A stretch of 64,000 bases of DNA, from NCBI RefSeq assembly GCF_006345805.1, contig NC_043000.1, positions 48,050,001-48,114,000 on the forward strand, written 5' to 3'. Shown piece by piece: positions 39,851 through 52,708 of this stretch; positions within the stretch are counted from its first letter, which is position 1, and each line of letters opens with the position of its first letter. The position numbers and the translations under genes are program-made. The DNA comes from Octopus sinensis (lineage: Eukaryota). The notes beneath the pieces were generated by a model. It did not search any database. It worked only from the letters and a program-made list of their open reading frames with translations, and was not told the DNA's origin.

Positions 39851-40426
39851 TTTTAGTTTTGTGTAGTGTACAGTTATATGTGTGTGTGTATGTGTGCATG
39901 TATGTATATTTAATCAGTGTGTGTAGCTGTGTGTGTTTTTGTAAGTGTACTTCTATTTGGGTTTCTATGTATGTGTACATATGTAAATGGATTTGTGTAT
40001 GTGTGTGTGTGTGGTGGTGGTGGTGGTGGTGGTGAGGGAGATGAGGGTGGGAGCAGGGCTGGGCAGCAACTGGCTAATGCCTTGCCTTCATCTTTGTTTT
40101 AAAGCTCTTTTGAACCTACTAACCCTTGCCACATCTCCCAAATAGCATTTTCTTTGGCTGAATGCCATAAAATTGTCCTTGTGATATATGCCACCAAGTG
40201 TTCCTTTTCTAATGGTGGTTTGCTGCTAGCATCATCATCATCATCATTACTGTTTAGCAGCATTTCATTTGTCCTTCCATTCTGAGTTCAAATGCTACCA
40301 AAGTCAACTTCGCCTTTCATCCTTTCGTGGTCAATGAATTAGGCACCAATTGAGCATTGGGGTTAATTTGATCAACTGTCCCCCTCCCACCAAAGAATTT
40401 TAGGCCGCGTGCCTATAGTAGAAAAG

Positions 40427-40656
40427 GGCGGCGAGCTGGCAGAATCGTTAGCATGCCAGACGAAATGCGTAGCCATATTTCGTCTGCCGTTACGTTCTGA
40501 GTTCAAATTCTGCTGAGGACGACTTTGCCTTTCATCCTTTCGGGGTCAATAAATTAAGTACCAGTTATGCACTGGGGTCGATGTAATACACTTAATCCCT
40601 CTGTCTGTCCTTGTTTGTCCCCTCTATGTTTAGCACCTTGTGGGCAATAAAGAAAT
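40427..40656 (+). mobile_element. SINE family A full-length copy
   Basis: Same head, core and tail as 17382-17612; inserted at the tail of an older related SINE (40258-40425). Confidence 0.9.
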
Positions 40657-40699
40657 AAAATTATTATTATTATTGTTATTATTATTATTATTATTATGC

Positions 40700-41030
40700 A
40701 TGTAACTGTTGCTTTGTTTTATACAAGTTGTGCCAAGTCTCACCCAGAGACCTCAAGTAATGGCTAGTTGGACATTTTACTATGGGTGTTATTTATGTTT
40801 AGCAATGATATATTGTATGGGAAGGAGACTAGAGTCAGAGAGCCAAGATTCTGTTAAATTTGTAATATTTCAATCATGAAAGATTTAAGAGAATCAGGTA
40901 TTTTCAAGTTGACAATGTTTTACTAATATTTTGTAGTTTTGATACCTTTGAGTTTCCTGGTATATGGCCGTAGTGTTTAAGACCACCATTTGGTATTATA
41001 AAACCACAGGTACAGTTGTTGGTCTTAGAT
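40700..41030 (-). mobile_element. Older copy of the same R4/Dong-like 3' end
   Basis: Shares ATACAAGTTG..CCAAGTCTCACCCAG and TTTCCTGGTAT with 42040-42350. Confidence 0.55.
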
Positions 41031-41309
41031 GCCACTTTTTTTTTTTACCATTTGTTTCAGGGTCCTTATACTTACTTAACTTTTGAAATGTTTATTTGTT
41101 GCAGTTTGCTGGAACTGACATATCTATGAGCAGACATATTGTGTCTATAAGATTTTTTTTACTACAGTACCTGGTCTATTGACCTGAATAACACAATCGG
41201 TTTGAATAAATAAGCCCCAGAGCATTTTATTATTATTATTATTATTATTATTATAAAATTATTTCATTCTACTTTAGTTGGCATGTATGTAATAGCTTAA
41301 AGGTTGGTT

Positions 41310-41920
41310 AAATAAATGTCCTCAATTCTAAAGAATCTCTCTTAGAATTCCTACAGAATGTAGTATGGCACTTTTCTGCAGGTCAGTAATGTGTCTCTCA
41401 CTACAGTTATCATTCAACCTTGTAGGTAGCAGGTTGTGTGTTGTACCAAGTGCACCAATTACTACTGAAACAATTGTCACTTTTGTCTTTCAGAATCTTT
41501 TCCTTGGTCTGGCTTGGTCCTGACATCCCTCATTTTTCTGTATTTCTTTCATATCTATTCTATTATCATAGTATTGCAAGGTCTATGAGCTTACACTATC
41601 TCTTCTTTTTTTTTTTGTTTTCTACAATCATATATAGGCCCCTTACTTCAATACTACAGTCTTTATGGAGAAATCACAAACTATCCTGTAATTTCTATTC
41701 TCCATCGCTTTGAATCTACACACTCAACTACAACACTATAACACTCCTTTACTAATGCATCATGCCTGCACACATACTCTTTGTGTAAGCTTACTACATT
41801 CACTTAAGAGATGGTTAATACTTTTGTCTCCTTTTCCACAGATTCTGTATTTGCTCTCTAAGTTTTATCAGTCTTTGCTTTTATCAAATGTTTTTCTAAT
41901 GGCTTGTTCCTGAGCTCCTA
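41310..41920 (-). mobile_element. Decayed R4/Dong-clade 3' end (CCHC knuckle plus restriction-like endonuclease)
   Basis: Minus frames: RICGKGDKSINHLLSECSKLTQ, RHD, IVCDFSIKT, LIDLAIL, TKVTIVSVVIGALGT, LQKSAILHSVGILREIL. Confidence 0.8.
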
Positions 41921-42039
41921 TAATTAGTGATTTATCTTTGTTATTGAGATTATTGTTTCTGTTGTTATTGGTTTGTTGGTATTATTATTATTATTATCAT
42001 CATCATTATTATTATCATTATTTTATGTTTGATTTTTGC

Positions 42040-42350
42040 TTTACATTTTATACAAGTTGGCTCCAAGTCTCACCCAGTGAACTCAAGAGACAACAAGTTA
42101 GAAGTTCGTGCTGGTGTTATGCCTAAGGTGTCATAGATTTGGTTTTGTGCATAGTAATGTTCTAAAGAATGTCTAAGAAAACATGAAAATTATGTGTTTG
42201 TTTTAAAATTTGAGATAACATAGACAGTATTTTACGTAGGATATGAACAGTTCCCATGAGCACTATCTTTTGAATTTCTGCCATTTTAGGGTTTCCTGGT
42301 ATCTGAGGTAGATGGCAATCTGCCCCTTTTGCTATCATTTCTAGGGCACC
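42040..42350 (-). mobile_element. R4/Dong-like LINE extreme 3' end
   Basis: Minus frame GALEMIAKGADCHLPQIPGNPKMAEIQKIVLMGTVHILRKILSM, followed by a UTR next to (TAA)n. Confidence 0.8.
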
Positions 42351-43829
42351 GTATTATTATCATTATCATTATTATTAATAATAATAATAATATTTATAGG
42401 ATTGAAGTAACTCCTCCAGAAGATATAGAAGCAAAAAAAGAAGAGTGCCATTATTCACTTGATAACAATGGCACTCTTCTTTGCTTTTGCTATTATTATT
42501 ATTATTATTATTATTATCATTAGGGAAGCTGGTAGAATTCTTACCACATTAGACAAAATATTAAGTGCTAGCCCTTGATGCTCTAAGCTCAAATATCACT
42601 GAGGTTGGCTGTACATTTCATACTTTAGGAGTCAATGAAATAAGTACCAAATGAGCAACTGAGGTTGATTTAATCAACTAGCTACCCACCCCACAAAATT
42701 TCAGACCTTGTGCCTATAATAAAAAGAAATATTTTTATTATTGTTATTATTTTATCAATATTGTTTTTTATTTCTATAAGTTCTTGCAGTTGATACTGCA
42801 TTTTCTGGGGTGTTTCTTCCTTTCCACTCTTCCCTCCTTATCATACATCTACACGTGTGTGTGTATCTGCCTATACAAGCATCTGTGTGCAAGTCTACTG
42901 GTGTGTGCATACTGGTGTGTATACACAGGCTTGCAATTTTCTTTTTAGTGTATTTTTTGCTGACAATACTGACAAAGTAAGTCATGTGTATTATGTAACA
43001 GGGCCAGTTGGCTTATGTAATAATGACAATCGTCCTCTTGAAACACATGTACATCATATAAAATATATGATACCATTTATGATTATTGCATTCATTTTCA
43101 TTTTCTTTTACTGTATGGAGGCTTAAATTCTGTATTCAGAATTATCTGGAGTTACAATGTTTGTCATTAAACCATGTTGAGAATAAAAGTAGAATGTGGA
43201 ACATTTTTATATTATCCAAACCATTTTTGTAATGTGTCTCACATTCTGATACGTTGATTAGAATATGTTTATTACATATGTATATGGATATAGATGTGTG
43301 TGTATTTGTATATGTCTGTGTGTGTGTGTGTGAGTGTGTCTACATCTCTTCTGTATTTGTTGTTGATATATGGTCCAAGTCCAGTCGATAGCTTTCTGCC
43401 TTTTTCCTATCCAAGAGGATTTTAATGCGATATCTATCAATTTATTTTTTATGATTATATTCCTTTTATGACACACTGCTGAATGACTTATTTACATATT
43501 TTTCCTCATTTATAATCTTACTGCACACACATACAGAATACACACATGCATACACACACACACTTATGTATATGATTATATTTATGTGATTAATGTTTAT
43601 ATGCATGTGTGGGTGTATATATATATAAATATGTACATACACACATATATATATACATATACACAGACACAGATACATACATATTAGTATTGATATATGT
43701 ATGTATATATGTGTGCATGTTTGTATATATATATGTATGCATATATATGTGTATATATATATGTATGCATATATATGTGTATATATATATGTATGCATAT
43801 ATGTGTGTATATATATATATGTATGCATA

Positions 43830-43862
<33 letters not shown>

Positions 43863-46074
43863 GTGTGTATGCATATACATGTGTATATATATATATGTAT
43901 GTATATATATATGTATGTATATATATATATTTATATATATATATATATTCATATATATATTCATATTTTGATTAATATGTAGGATGGGTGCATATAAATT
44001 TATGAATGTGTGTATACAAATACATGTACATATGCAAGCACTCAAGAAAGCATGATTAGATGCAACATTTAGGTATGTGGCAGTATTCTCTCCTCACCAT
44101 TCTAACTCTTAACTTATTGACTCTTTAAATTACCACCACTTTGTCTACACTTAATTTTATCAATTTCCCAGCTTCTTATCACTTCATATCCTTTGATATT
44201 CTTAATATTCTTGCCTATTCTTGCCATTTGATATCCTTCTGCTATCTCTAACCTTATATTGATTTATCATTTTTTATACACATATATATGCATATTTATG
44301 TATATACATGCATATATATATATATGTATATGAGTACATGTATATATGTGTTTATATATATATATATATATATGTGTTTATATATATATATATATATGCA
44401 TATTTATGTATATACATGCAAATATATATATGTATATAAATGTTTATATATATATATAATGTGCACACACACATACATATATATAATTACTGAAGTCTTT
44501 GAATCTATTTTTTATATATATTTTATAGCTATATATGCTATTAAAATGTGTATTTTTTTCTCCTTTAGAATGATAATTTGTATTCAATATCTCTTTCTCC
44601 TTGTCGCCCTCTTTCTCACCTTTTTACTCTCCCACCCTCTGTCTGTCTCTCTGTCTCCTTCTCTCTCTCTCTCCTTCTGTCTCTCTTTTTCTCTCCTTCT
44701 CTGTTTTTCTCCATACCGTACGATTCTGAATACTTTAGAAATAGGTGTTTTAGACATTTCTTTAATGAAGAAGGAAGTTTTGATATTGAAAAATGTGCTA
44801 GACTGTTTTCCTTTATAATGATATACTGGAAAAATGCTCTTTTATGTTTTACAAAGTGTGTGGCATATTTTTGAAAAAAACTATATCTTCTGATTATAGA
44901 TAGTGGAGATAAATGCGATAAGCAAGTCAGAAATAGCAAAAAAGGCCTATAAATAGCGAAATTTCAATATATGTCTGTCTTGTTGTTATCAAGATCACCA
45001 ATAACTGACATCACTACAATGATACAATAAAGAAATCTTGTCACAGTTGTTCAATCTGCAAGAAATAGCAATCAAATTGCCCTCAAAATATACTCTTCTA
45101 TCACCTTAAAATAATGAAAGTCATGAAGGATAGTATTGTTTCAGATTCAGATTCATTACTATGGATGGGTTTCTCAGGCATGACATACCTTTCAGTATGT
45201 GTCTATTGTCGGTCAATTCCGACAAAAGCATTTCAGGTGTGACCATCTCAATTAACTTTCAAGAAAATATAAAATGAAATTTCAGCATAAGACCAAGTGC
45301 AAGAATGGCTTTGTGGTTAAGAAGCTTGCTTTCAACCCATGTGGTTTCGTGTTCAGTCCCACTGGTTTGTACTTTGGACATGAATCTTTCACTATTGCTG
45401 CTGGCCAACCAAAGCTTTCTGAGTGAATTTGGAGGACAGAAACTGAAAGAAATCCATTGATCTCTAATTGTTGGGGAGAACATGTGGAAGGGATAGGCCC
45501 AAGAAGATGTGGGACAAAGTGGCGAGAAAGGATCTTTAGACATTGGGTCTCACAGAGGAGATGACAAGGAACTGAGGCATTTCCTCAGCTTGCTGTGCTT
45601 AAAAGGACATGTCAAGCTAAGTAAGATCACAGCTGACTATGCACATAGATATGTTATCTACATTGCTCTTACAACTGAATGATCCTAGTCTTGCAGGCTC
45701 ATGAGTGCTGGTGTCATGTAAAAGCACCCATGTTAGTGCCACGTAAAAGTGCCTGTGGTGGTGCCATGTAAAAGCACCTAGCACACTTTGTAAGGGGGTT
45801 GGCTTTAGGAAGGGCATCCAGCTGTAGAAACCGTGTCAAAACAGACAAATGGTATGCAGCAGCTCTTCAGCTGGCCAGTATGCAAAACACATTAAATGAT
45901 GATGATGATTGTGTGTATGTGTGTGTGTGTGTGTGTGTGTAGATAGATATATAGAGAGAGAGATTGATAGACAGATAGATATATATATACACATATTTAT
46001 GTGTCTGTGTATGTATATCTGTGTGTGTGTGTTTGTGTGAGTGAGTTTGTATTTCCCTCATCTTCACATGTGTT

Positions 46075-46290
46075 TGCTCACAGGATTTTGTAAAAACAAT
46101 AGCTTTGTTGATGAGTTGCTTTGCCTTCAGTCCACCAGGAAAGCATGTTCTACCTTCTTGAAATGTCTTGACATGATCTTCGTAAACAAAAGGTTCATCC
46201 ACATGGCATTATTTGGCTCTAGTTCTCCATGTACACATTTTGAAGATTGTGCTTTCTTTGATGGAGTGAGCGATTATTATCTTACTTAGA
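46075..46290 (-). mobile_element. Decayed RTE-clade C-terminal fragment
   Basis: Minus frame FKMCTWRTRAK*CHVDEPFVYEDHVKTFQEGR..GLKAKQL parallels WETLA.DR..W..GVKVFEE.R at 18.5 kb. Confidence 0.5.
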
Positions 46291-47044
46291 AATATATGGA
46301 GACTGACAACAGGATGGGTATCTAGCTATAGAAAATTTTTACTCTCTGTACATTCTTGTCCGACTCATGTAAGTTTAAAGAATTAATCAGTAAAACGATT
46401 ATGATGTTGCTTATAATGACGATGGAATCTGATTAGAGAGAGATTTGAATGATATTTCTAAGAAAATGAGTGACCATAAAGAAGCTACCTGCCCTGTTTG
46501 ACTTCTGAGATGACATTCCACTATGTCCCCTGTTAGCCTCTACCCACCTCCACAAAGATCCACCTTTAATGTCTTTGTAGATAAGTTTGGCTAATTAAAT
46601 TAACCCACACCTCCTATTTATGGTCCTAATTTAATGATAGTTAGGGTTCAAATGTGTTGTTAGCTATGAGGTCTACTATATTCAGTTATTGTCTTTCATG
46701 TACTGGGCTTAAATTTTGCCATGGTCAGCTTTGCTTTTCATCTCTCTGTGTTCAATAGAATGATTACAGTTAAGTTCACAGCCATCAATTCATTGCAGGA
46801 ACAGTTCATTGCCATCAATTCACTGTGAAGAAAGTTCATTGTGAGGAAAGTTTACCAAGAAATATTTCCATAGTCTGTTGTGGGGAGAGTCATTTTCTTT
46901 TTGTGCCTTATAATTTAACATACTCACCGGTAAAATTTCCACTTATTTCTTATTTTTATTTTCCTAAAATTTTCGTTGCATCTTGCAACCTGTTCAATAG
47001 TCTTAGACTAAATTTTAGGAAAATAAAGATAATATTTGATTATT

Positions 47045-47409
47045 GAGGAATGCCATGCTGATGAGGAAAATGGTTGGTAAAGTATAATTCTATATTCTTT
47101 ATACCAATCTAATTCCGAAATGCGCGTCCATGGATGACCAGATATTGATTGATTTTCGTTGCTTTTCTCTCTGCCTGTATATCTTCAAGTATTTTGGTTT
47201 CTCTGGGAGTCCCTTTTTAAAGTAGAAGAAATAGCTAAGGTTTTGGCTGCTATTTCTAAATTTTCGGCATGTGGTAAAGCAAATCTCTGCTGAACCCTAA
47301 TTATTAAGTATTACTTAAGTTTACCGTGAAATGGTCCTTTTTTCATGCCGAATTCTACTTGGTGAAATTATTGATTACTTCTTAATTAATTCATTTTACC
47401 CTTTGTTAT

Positions 47410-47410
<1 letters not shown>
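47045..47410 (+). mobile_element. Penelope-like pseudo-LTR-type repeat carrying the hammerhead
   Basis: Sequence downstream of the ribozyme (...GGCTGCTATTTCTAAATT...AAGTATTACT...AAATGGTCC...TTGGTGAAATT...TTTTACCCT) is homologous to 35283-35482 and 35790-36020 on the minus strand. The Penelope assignment rests on the hammerhead association; no RT or GIY-YIG ORF is present. Confidence 0.55.
47053..47133 (+). ncRNA. Type I hammerhead ribozyme motif (Penelope-like-element type), near intact
   Basis: CCATG-CTGATGA-GGAA...(long stem II)...TTCC-GAAA-T-GCGC-GTC-CATGG. Helix I CCATG/CATGG, both core segments intact, helix II closed by GGAA/TTCC, palindromic GCGC in helix III, GUC cleavage triplet at 47126-47128. 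Confidence 0.85.
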
Positions 47411-47443
<33 letters not shown>

Positions 47444-48481
47444 TACCTTCTCCTCGACTTATGACCAGATTCCATTCCAACTGAGAGATTGTAAGTCGAT
47501 ATGGTTGTATGTCAGATTTATATTTTTCAACACTATTTTCATTCAAATGTAGCTGACGCTTGAAAATGACTGAGTGAGAGACAGTGGCAAGCAGTGGATG
47601 CCCGGATTTGAGGGAGGCTTGCATTGCCAGATGCCATAGTTATTGTATGTGGAGCTACCCAACGTCTGAAAATCAGTTATTTATTTATTTGTTTATTGTG
47701 CTTGAAGTGCAGATGGTCATAAGTCGCATGGGTCACAAGTCGAGGAGAAGGTATACATGCATGTATATATACATACTTGTGTGTGTATGTGTACATAATT
47801 CATATGACAAAATACTCAATGCTCATGTTTATCATTCAAAATCTCATCACTATAAGACACAAAGCAGAATACAAAAAAAAATAATAAATCAAAAGAAAAA
47901 AATCATGTGTCAGTTTTCATTAACTCAAAATAAGGATTATGTTTGTTTTGTTTTTTTTAAGTTTCAAAAAATTGCAAAATGTCATATACAGGAAAGATAG
48001 AGAAGTGTGAATCTATAAATTTCTCATTCTTATGATGACCTTTTCACTTGACATCTTTCTTCATTTCTACTCATGTAGCTAATTCTGCAGTTTTAAAAAT
48101 ATTATTTTCACGGTAATATCTGTGTCGTTTCCTTCTTTGGTAATTTGTTTGTTTGTTCCACTTCTGCAAGTTATAAAAAGCTTCATAATTATGTATCATA
48201 CATAACAACTTTACATAAAATAATGGTTCTTCATATTCATATTGCCAAAATTTCCCATTTCTGGCTAAAAGCTGTGTATTTTTAAAAAAAATATTATTTT
48301 ATTTTAATATATATATTTATATATTTTATTTTTTTATTCAATGCAATTTATTTTGATAAAAATATTCAATTTATTTTCTTAGATTTTTATATTTTTAGCC
48401 TAAGTTTATTAAATTTATTAAAATATTTTTTGTTATAGTATTTTATGATGTTTTGATTTATTTTATTGTTGTTGTTTATAT

Positions 48482-48723
<242 letters not shown>

Positions 48724-49628
48724 GTATTTTCATTTATTATTATTTATTATTGAAAAGTGAGAGGAAAAAAAAATGCAAGTGTGCGAAACGTGGTTAAATG
48801 GAAGGTGTGAAAAATTTAGAAATGGAGAGAGAAGGTCAGGGAAGAGACAATGATTAAATGAATGAGAAAACTAAAGGAAAGTAGGAGAAGTATGACTAAA
48901 TAGAGAGGGGGAAGAGAGTGAAAAACAGAGAGAGAGAAAGAGAGGAAGAAATCGCTGTTACAGTTGTAGTTCTTTCTGATGCACTTTAAGAACAAATATG
49001 TCAAATGTAATTTTTAAAATTGCTGCTCAGAATGGCAATATGGACAAGAATACATTCCTGAATTTCTTGTAGATTCTTGATTATTTCTTCTTAATTCATT
49101 ATTTTGTGACAAAATTCATTTTACCCTTTTTTTTTTTTTAAGTAAAAAAAACCAAAATGATCTTCTTTAAATTACATTTCTAGGATGAAGAATTTCTTCG
49201 GGATATATTTCTCATCATCTGTCCTTGGCAAACCTTCATAATTCCTTGGACATGAATAGCCTGAAATGCTATCCAGAGAAGGATTTGATTGTCATCTCAT
49301 TAGCGCTACAGTCGTCAAAGATAATTGAGAGCCACTGAGTAAGGCTCTATGTAACCATACAATCTGCTAGAAACAGCACCCTTTCCAAATAACATTTTCA
49401 ATCACATCGTACACTCTTAGAAAAGAAAGCCACATGGCTTAATGGTTCGTGTTCTATATTGTGTTTAGGATGTGATAGGCAAGACTGGAATTTCTATGGT
49501 CAGAGTTTTACCAAATCATACTGTACCTCTTAAAGAAGAAAGCCTCAATATCCTGAGTTGTGTTTAGGAAAATAAATGGAGTTGTCATGCCTGGAATGAC
49601 TTTAATCATACACACCATGTGCCCCTCA

Positions 49629-49952
49629 TGAAGGCACGTGGCTTAGTGGTTAGGGGCATTCGGCTCACGATCATAAGGTCATAAGTTCAATTCCCGGAGG
49701 CACATTGTGTTCTTGAGCAAGACACTTTATTTCACATTGCTCCAGTCCACTCAGCTGGCAAAAATGAGTAGTACCTGTATTACAAAGGGCCAGCCATGTC
49801 ACACTCTGTATCACGCTGAATCTCCCTGAGAACTACATTAAGGGTACACATGTTTGTGGAGTGCTCAGCCACTTGCATGTTAATTTCACGAGCAAGCTGT
49901 TCCTTTGATCGTATCAGCTGGGACCCTCATCGTCGCAACCAACAGAGAGCTC
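49629..49952 (+). mobile_element. tRNA-derived SINE, family D
   Basis: A box TGGCTTAGTGGT, B box GTTCAATTCC, core CTTGAGCAAGACACTTTATTTCACATTGCTCCAG. Paralogs at 28774-29098 (-), 53300-53600 (+, variant tail) and 34130-34250 (+, partial). Confidence 0.85.
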
Positions 49953-50564
49953 CTATGTGCCCCTTGCAGTCAGCTATCATAGCGGTGACAATCTCTTCTA
50001 GATTAAGTTAAGTTTCCTTTTAACTATAGGTACAAAGCCTAAGATATTACCGGGAGGGTATAGTTGATTACATCAATCCAGTGTTCCACTGATACTTATT
50101 CTATCAACACCAAAAGGATGAAAGGCAAAGTCCACCTCGGCTTGTTAAGCTTACTCTTTTACTTGTTTCAGTCATGCGACTTTGACCATGCTGGAGCACC
50201 ACATTTAGTCGAGCAAATCAACCCCAGGACTTATTCTTTGTAAGCCTAGTACTTATTCTATCGGTCTTTTTTGTCGAACTGTTAAGGGGGCGTAAACACA
50301 CCAGAATCGGTTGTCAAGTAATGTTGGGGAGACAAACACAGGCACACAAAACCCCCTACACATATACATACATACATACATATATACGACGGGCTTCTTT
50401 CAGTTTCAGAATGTTGGACAAAAATGGTTTTGGTATCCATTCCAGCTCTTTATGTTCAAATCCCACAATGGTCAACTTCACATCCTTTCAGGATATAAAT
50501 ATTTTTACTGTTTTGGATCAGAGCATCCTGGTCATTTTTCCCCTTTTTGGTATATAACCTGAAG

Positions 50565-52010
50565 CAATCATATATTCAAGGGGATTTATTTTCACCCTGG
50601 ATGTAGCAAGCTAATAGGCAGAACTGGATTTTCTCCCTTTGCTTGTCAAAGGAAATAACACAATGAGGAAAAGTAATAGAGAGAGAAAATCTTCCTTATA
50701 TATCTGCCGCTGTATTTTCACAATTTCTAAAGAATCTCTTCTAGATTTTAGTTCAACATCCAATGATTTCATTGCTTATTCTTAAAAAATCTTGATCTTC
50801 TTATTGACCTCAGGGTACTCAAAAAGTCAGCATTGTGCGATATTATCATGAGCTTTCTTGTAGTCTATCTAGCCTGCATCTTAGTTCTTCATTCTTATTT
50901 GTACCTCACTCGTTACCATGCTATCAATGTATAACAGATCAGAAGTTCCCCTTGGCCCCTCTCTATTATCTCTTGTGCTTCTCTGGTAATAATTCTCCTT
51001 CTCCTGAAGCGTATATAACTCATTTGTTATGTGCTCAGTCAATAATTTACAAAGTAATGATAACCATGCAATAAGCCTATTAATTACTGACTTCCTTTTC
51101 CTCCTCCTTTCTTTGTCTTTCTGTATGAACACTATCTTTCCCTTTGTTATTCATGTTGGTGTTCCATTTTCTATGGAATCAGTTAGAAATGGTTGTAAAT
51201 AGCACTGCATGCTTATAAGATTTTTAAGCTGGAATCCCTGAGCATCAACAGGCCAAGGGCCTTTTTTACAACTTGGTAACATTTTAAGTAGTTTTTTCCT
51301 TTTCTCTTCTATGTTCTCTTGTTATCTTTCTTTTTCTTTTACTTGTTTCCTTTGTTTGACCACAGCCATGCTGGAGCACTGCATAAAGGGTTTTAGTGAA
51401 AGAAACCAACCCCAGAACTTATTTTTTTAAGCCTGGTACTTATTCTGTTGGTCCCTTTTGCTAAGCTGCTAATATATGGGGACATAAACACACCAACGCC
51501 AGTTGTCAAGTGGTGGTGGTGGTGGTGGGGGGAACAAAGACAGACAGACAGACACACACACACACACATATATAGACACACAACAGGCTTCTTTCAATTT
51601 CTGTCAACCAGATCCACTCACAAGACTTTGGTTGGGCTGAGGCTATGGTAGAAGGCATTTGCCCAAGTTGCCATGCAGTGGGACTGAACTTGGAACTCTG
51701 CGGTTAGGAAGCAAGCTTCTTACCACACAGCCACACCTGTGCCTATAGAATCAGTTAGAGATGGTTGTAAATAACACTGCATGCTTATGAGATTTTTAAG
51801 CTGGAATCCCTGAGCACCAACAGGCCAAGGGGCTTTACAGTTTGGTAACTTCTTAAGTATATTTTTCCTTTTCTCTTCTATACTCTCTTTTAAATTTCCT
51901 GTTATGTTGAATCTCTTTTCTCCAATGTCTGAATAGAAGATTCTTGCTGCTCCAACGTTTGGCACATTATTCTTCTGAGGTTCGTTCTCATTGTTCAGCT
52001 GTTGGCAAAA
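50565..52010 (-). mobile_element. Decayed R4/Dong-clade non-LTR retrotransposon RT region (interrupted by a SINE)
   Basis: Minus frames: KAPWPVGAQGFQLK, ITKGKIVFIQKDK, NRLIAWLSLLCKLLT, GPRGTSDLLYIDSMV, IDYKKAHDNI, VKIQRQIYKEDFLSLLLF. These are degenerate versions of RT motifs KAPGPD, YRPITCL, IDYKKAYDSV and RGIFQGDSLSPLLF. Confidence 0.85.
51313..51743 (-). mobile_element. SINE family B copy inside the Dong-like RT, flanked by a ~140-bp direct repeat
   Basis: Family B head at 51743; flanks 51172-51312 and 51744-51881 are duplicates. Confidence 0.85.
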
Positions 52011-52114
52011 TTTCTTTTCATAGTTTCCGAAGAACCCTTATTATCATCATTGCTGTTGCTGCTAACGTTGTTATTGTTGATGCTGCTTCTGTACTTTTAA
52101 GCTGAAATTATTAT

Positions 52115-52435
52115 ACAGGCACAGGTGTGGCTCTGCTTCACAACCACATGGTTCTGTGTTCCATCCCACTGTGGCAACTGAAAAAAACCTGCCATATATA
52201 TATATATATGTGTGTGTGTTTTGTGTCAATGTTTGTCTCTACTGCAATCACTTGACAACCAATACTGGTGTGTTTATGTCCCCATAACGTAGCAGTTCAG
52301 CAAAAGAAACTGATAGAATGAGTACTAGGCTTACAAAGAATAAGTGCTGGGGTCGATTTCTTCGACTGAAACTCTTTAAGATTTTGCTCCAACATGGCCA
52401 TTATCAAATGGCTGAAAGAAGTAAGAGAATAAAAA
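52115..52435 (+). mobile_element. SINE family B copy
   Basis: AGGCACAGGTGTGGCT head, family B core and tail. Confidence 0.8.
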
Positions 52436-52517
52436 TAATAAAGAATATGCAAAATGACATAAACAAAATGTAATAAAACAAAAAAACTTCCCCTTATGAT
52501 TCTGATGTCTATCTTTA

Positions 52518-52708
52518 GAGTGGTGTTCCACAATCGGTATGCCATGGCACACTGGTGTGCCATGAGATGATGCTAGGTATGTCACAGTGTAATCTGAATA
52601 TATATTTTTTCCCTATACTTCTAGTTATATTTTTACTTCATGTGAGTGGCTGAATTTTGAAATATTACAAGTGTACTGCAAGGGTAAAAAAGGTCGCAGA
52701 GCACTGCC
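52518..52708. mobile_element. Probable decayed hAT-like MITE
   Basis: Ends GTGGTGTTCCACAATCGG and GGTCGCAGAGCACTG resemble CAGTGG..AACC TIRs; internal hairpin CATGGCACAC-TG-GTGTGCCATG. Confidence 0.4.

Noticed and set aside
41493-41580. Transmembrane-like exon ESFPWSGLVLTSLIFLYFFHIY
   Set aside because: Antisense of the R4/Dong endonuclease region; poor donor.
44700-44874. ORF FRNRCFRHFFNEEGSFDIEKC
   Set aside because: No recognisable homology, weak splice context, and continuous with CT-rich microsatellite.
46084-46265. Plus-strand exon candidate GFCKNNSFVDELLCLQ...FFDG
   Set aside because: The splice-like ends exist, but the minus strand resembles an RTE C-terminus; antisense frames of LINEs are often open.
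49184-49345. Exon candidate DEEFLRDIFLIICPW
   Set aside because: All three frames hit stops before the next good donor.
50814-50928. Transmembrane-like exon VLKKSALCDIIMSFLVVYL
   Set aside because: Antisense of the RT motif IDYKKAHD in the Dong-like element.
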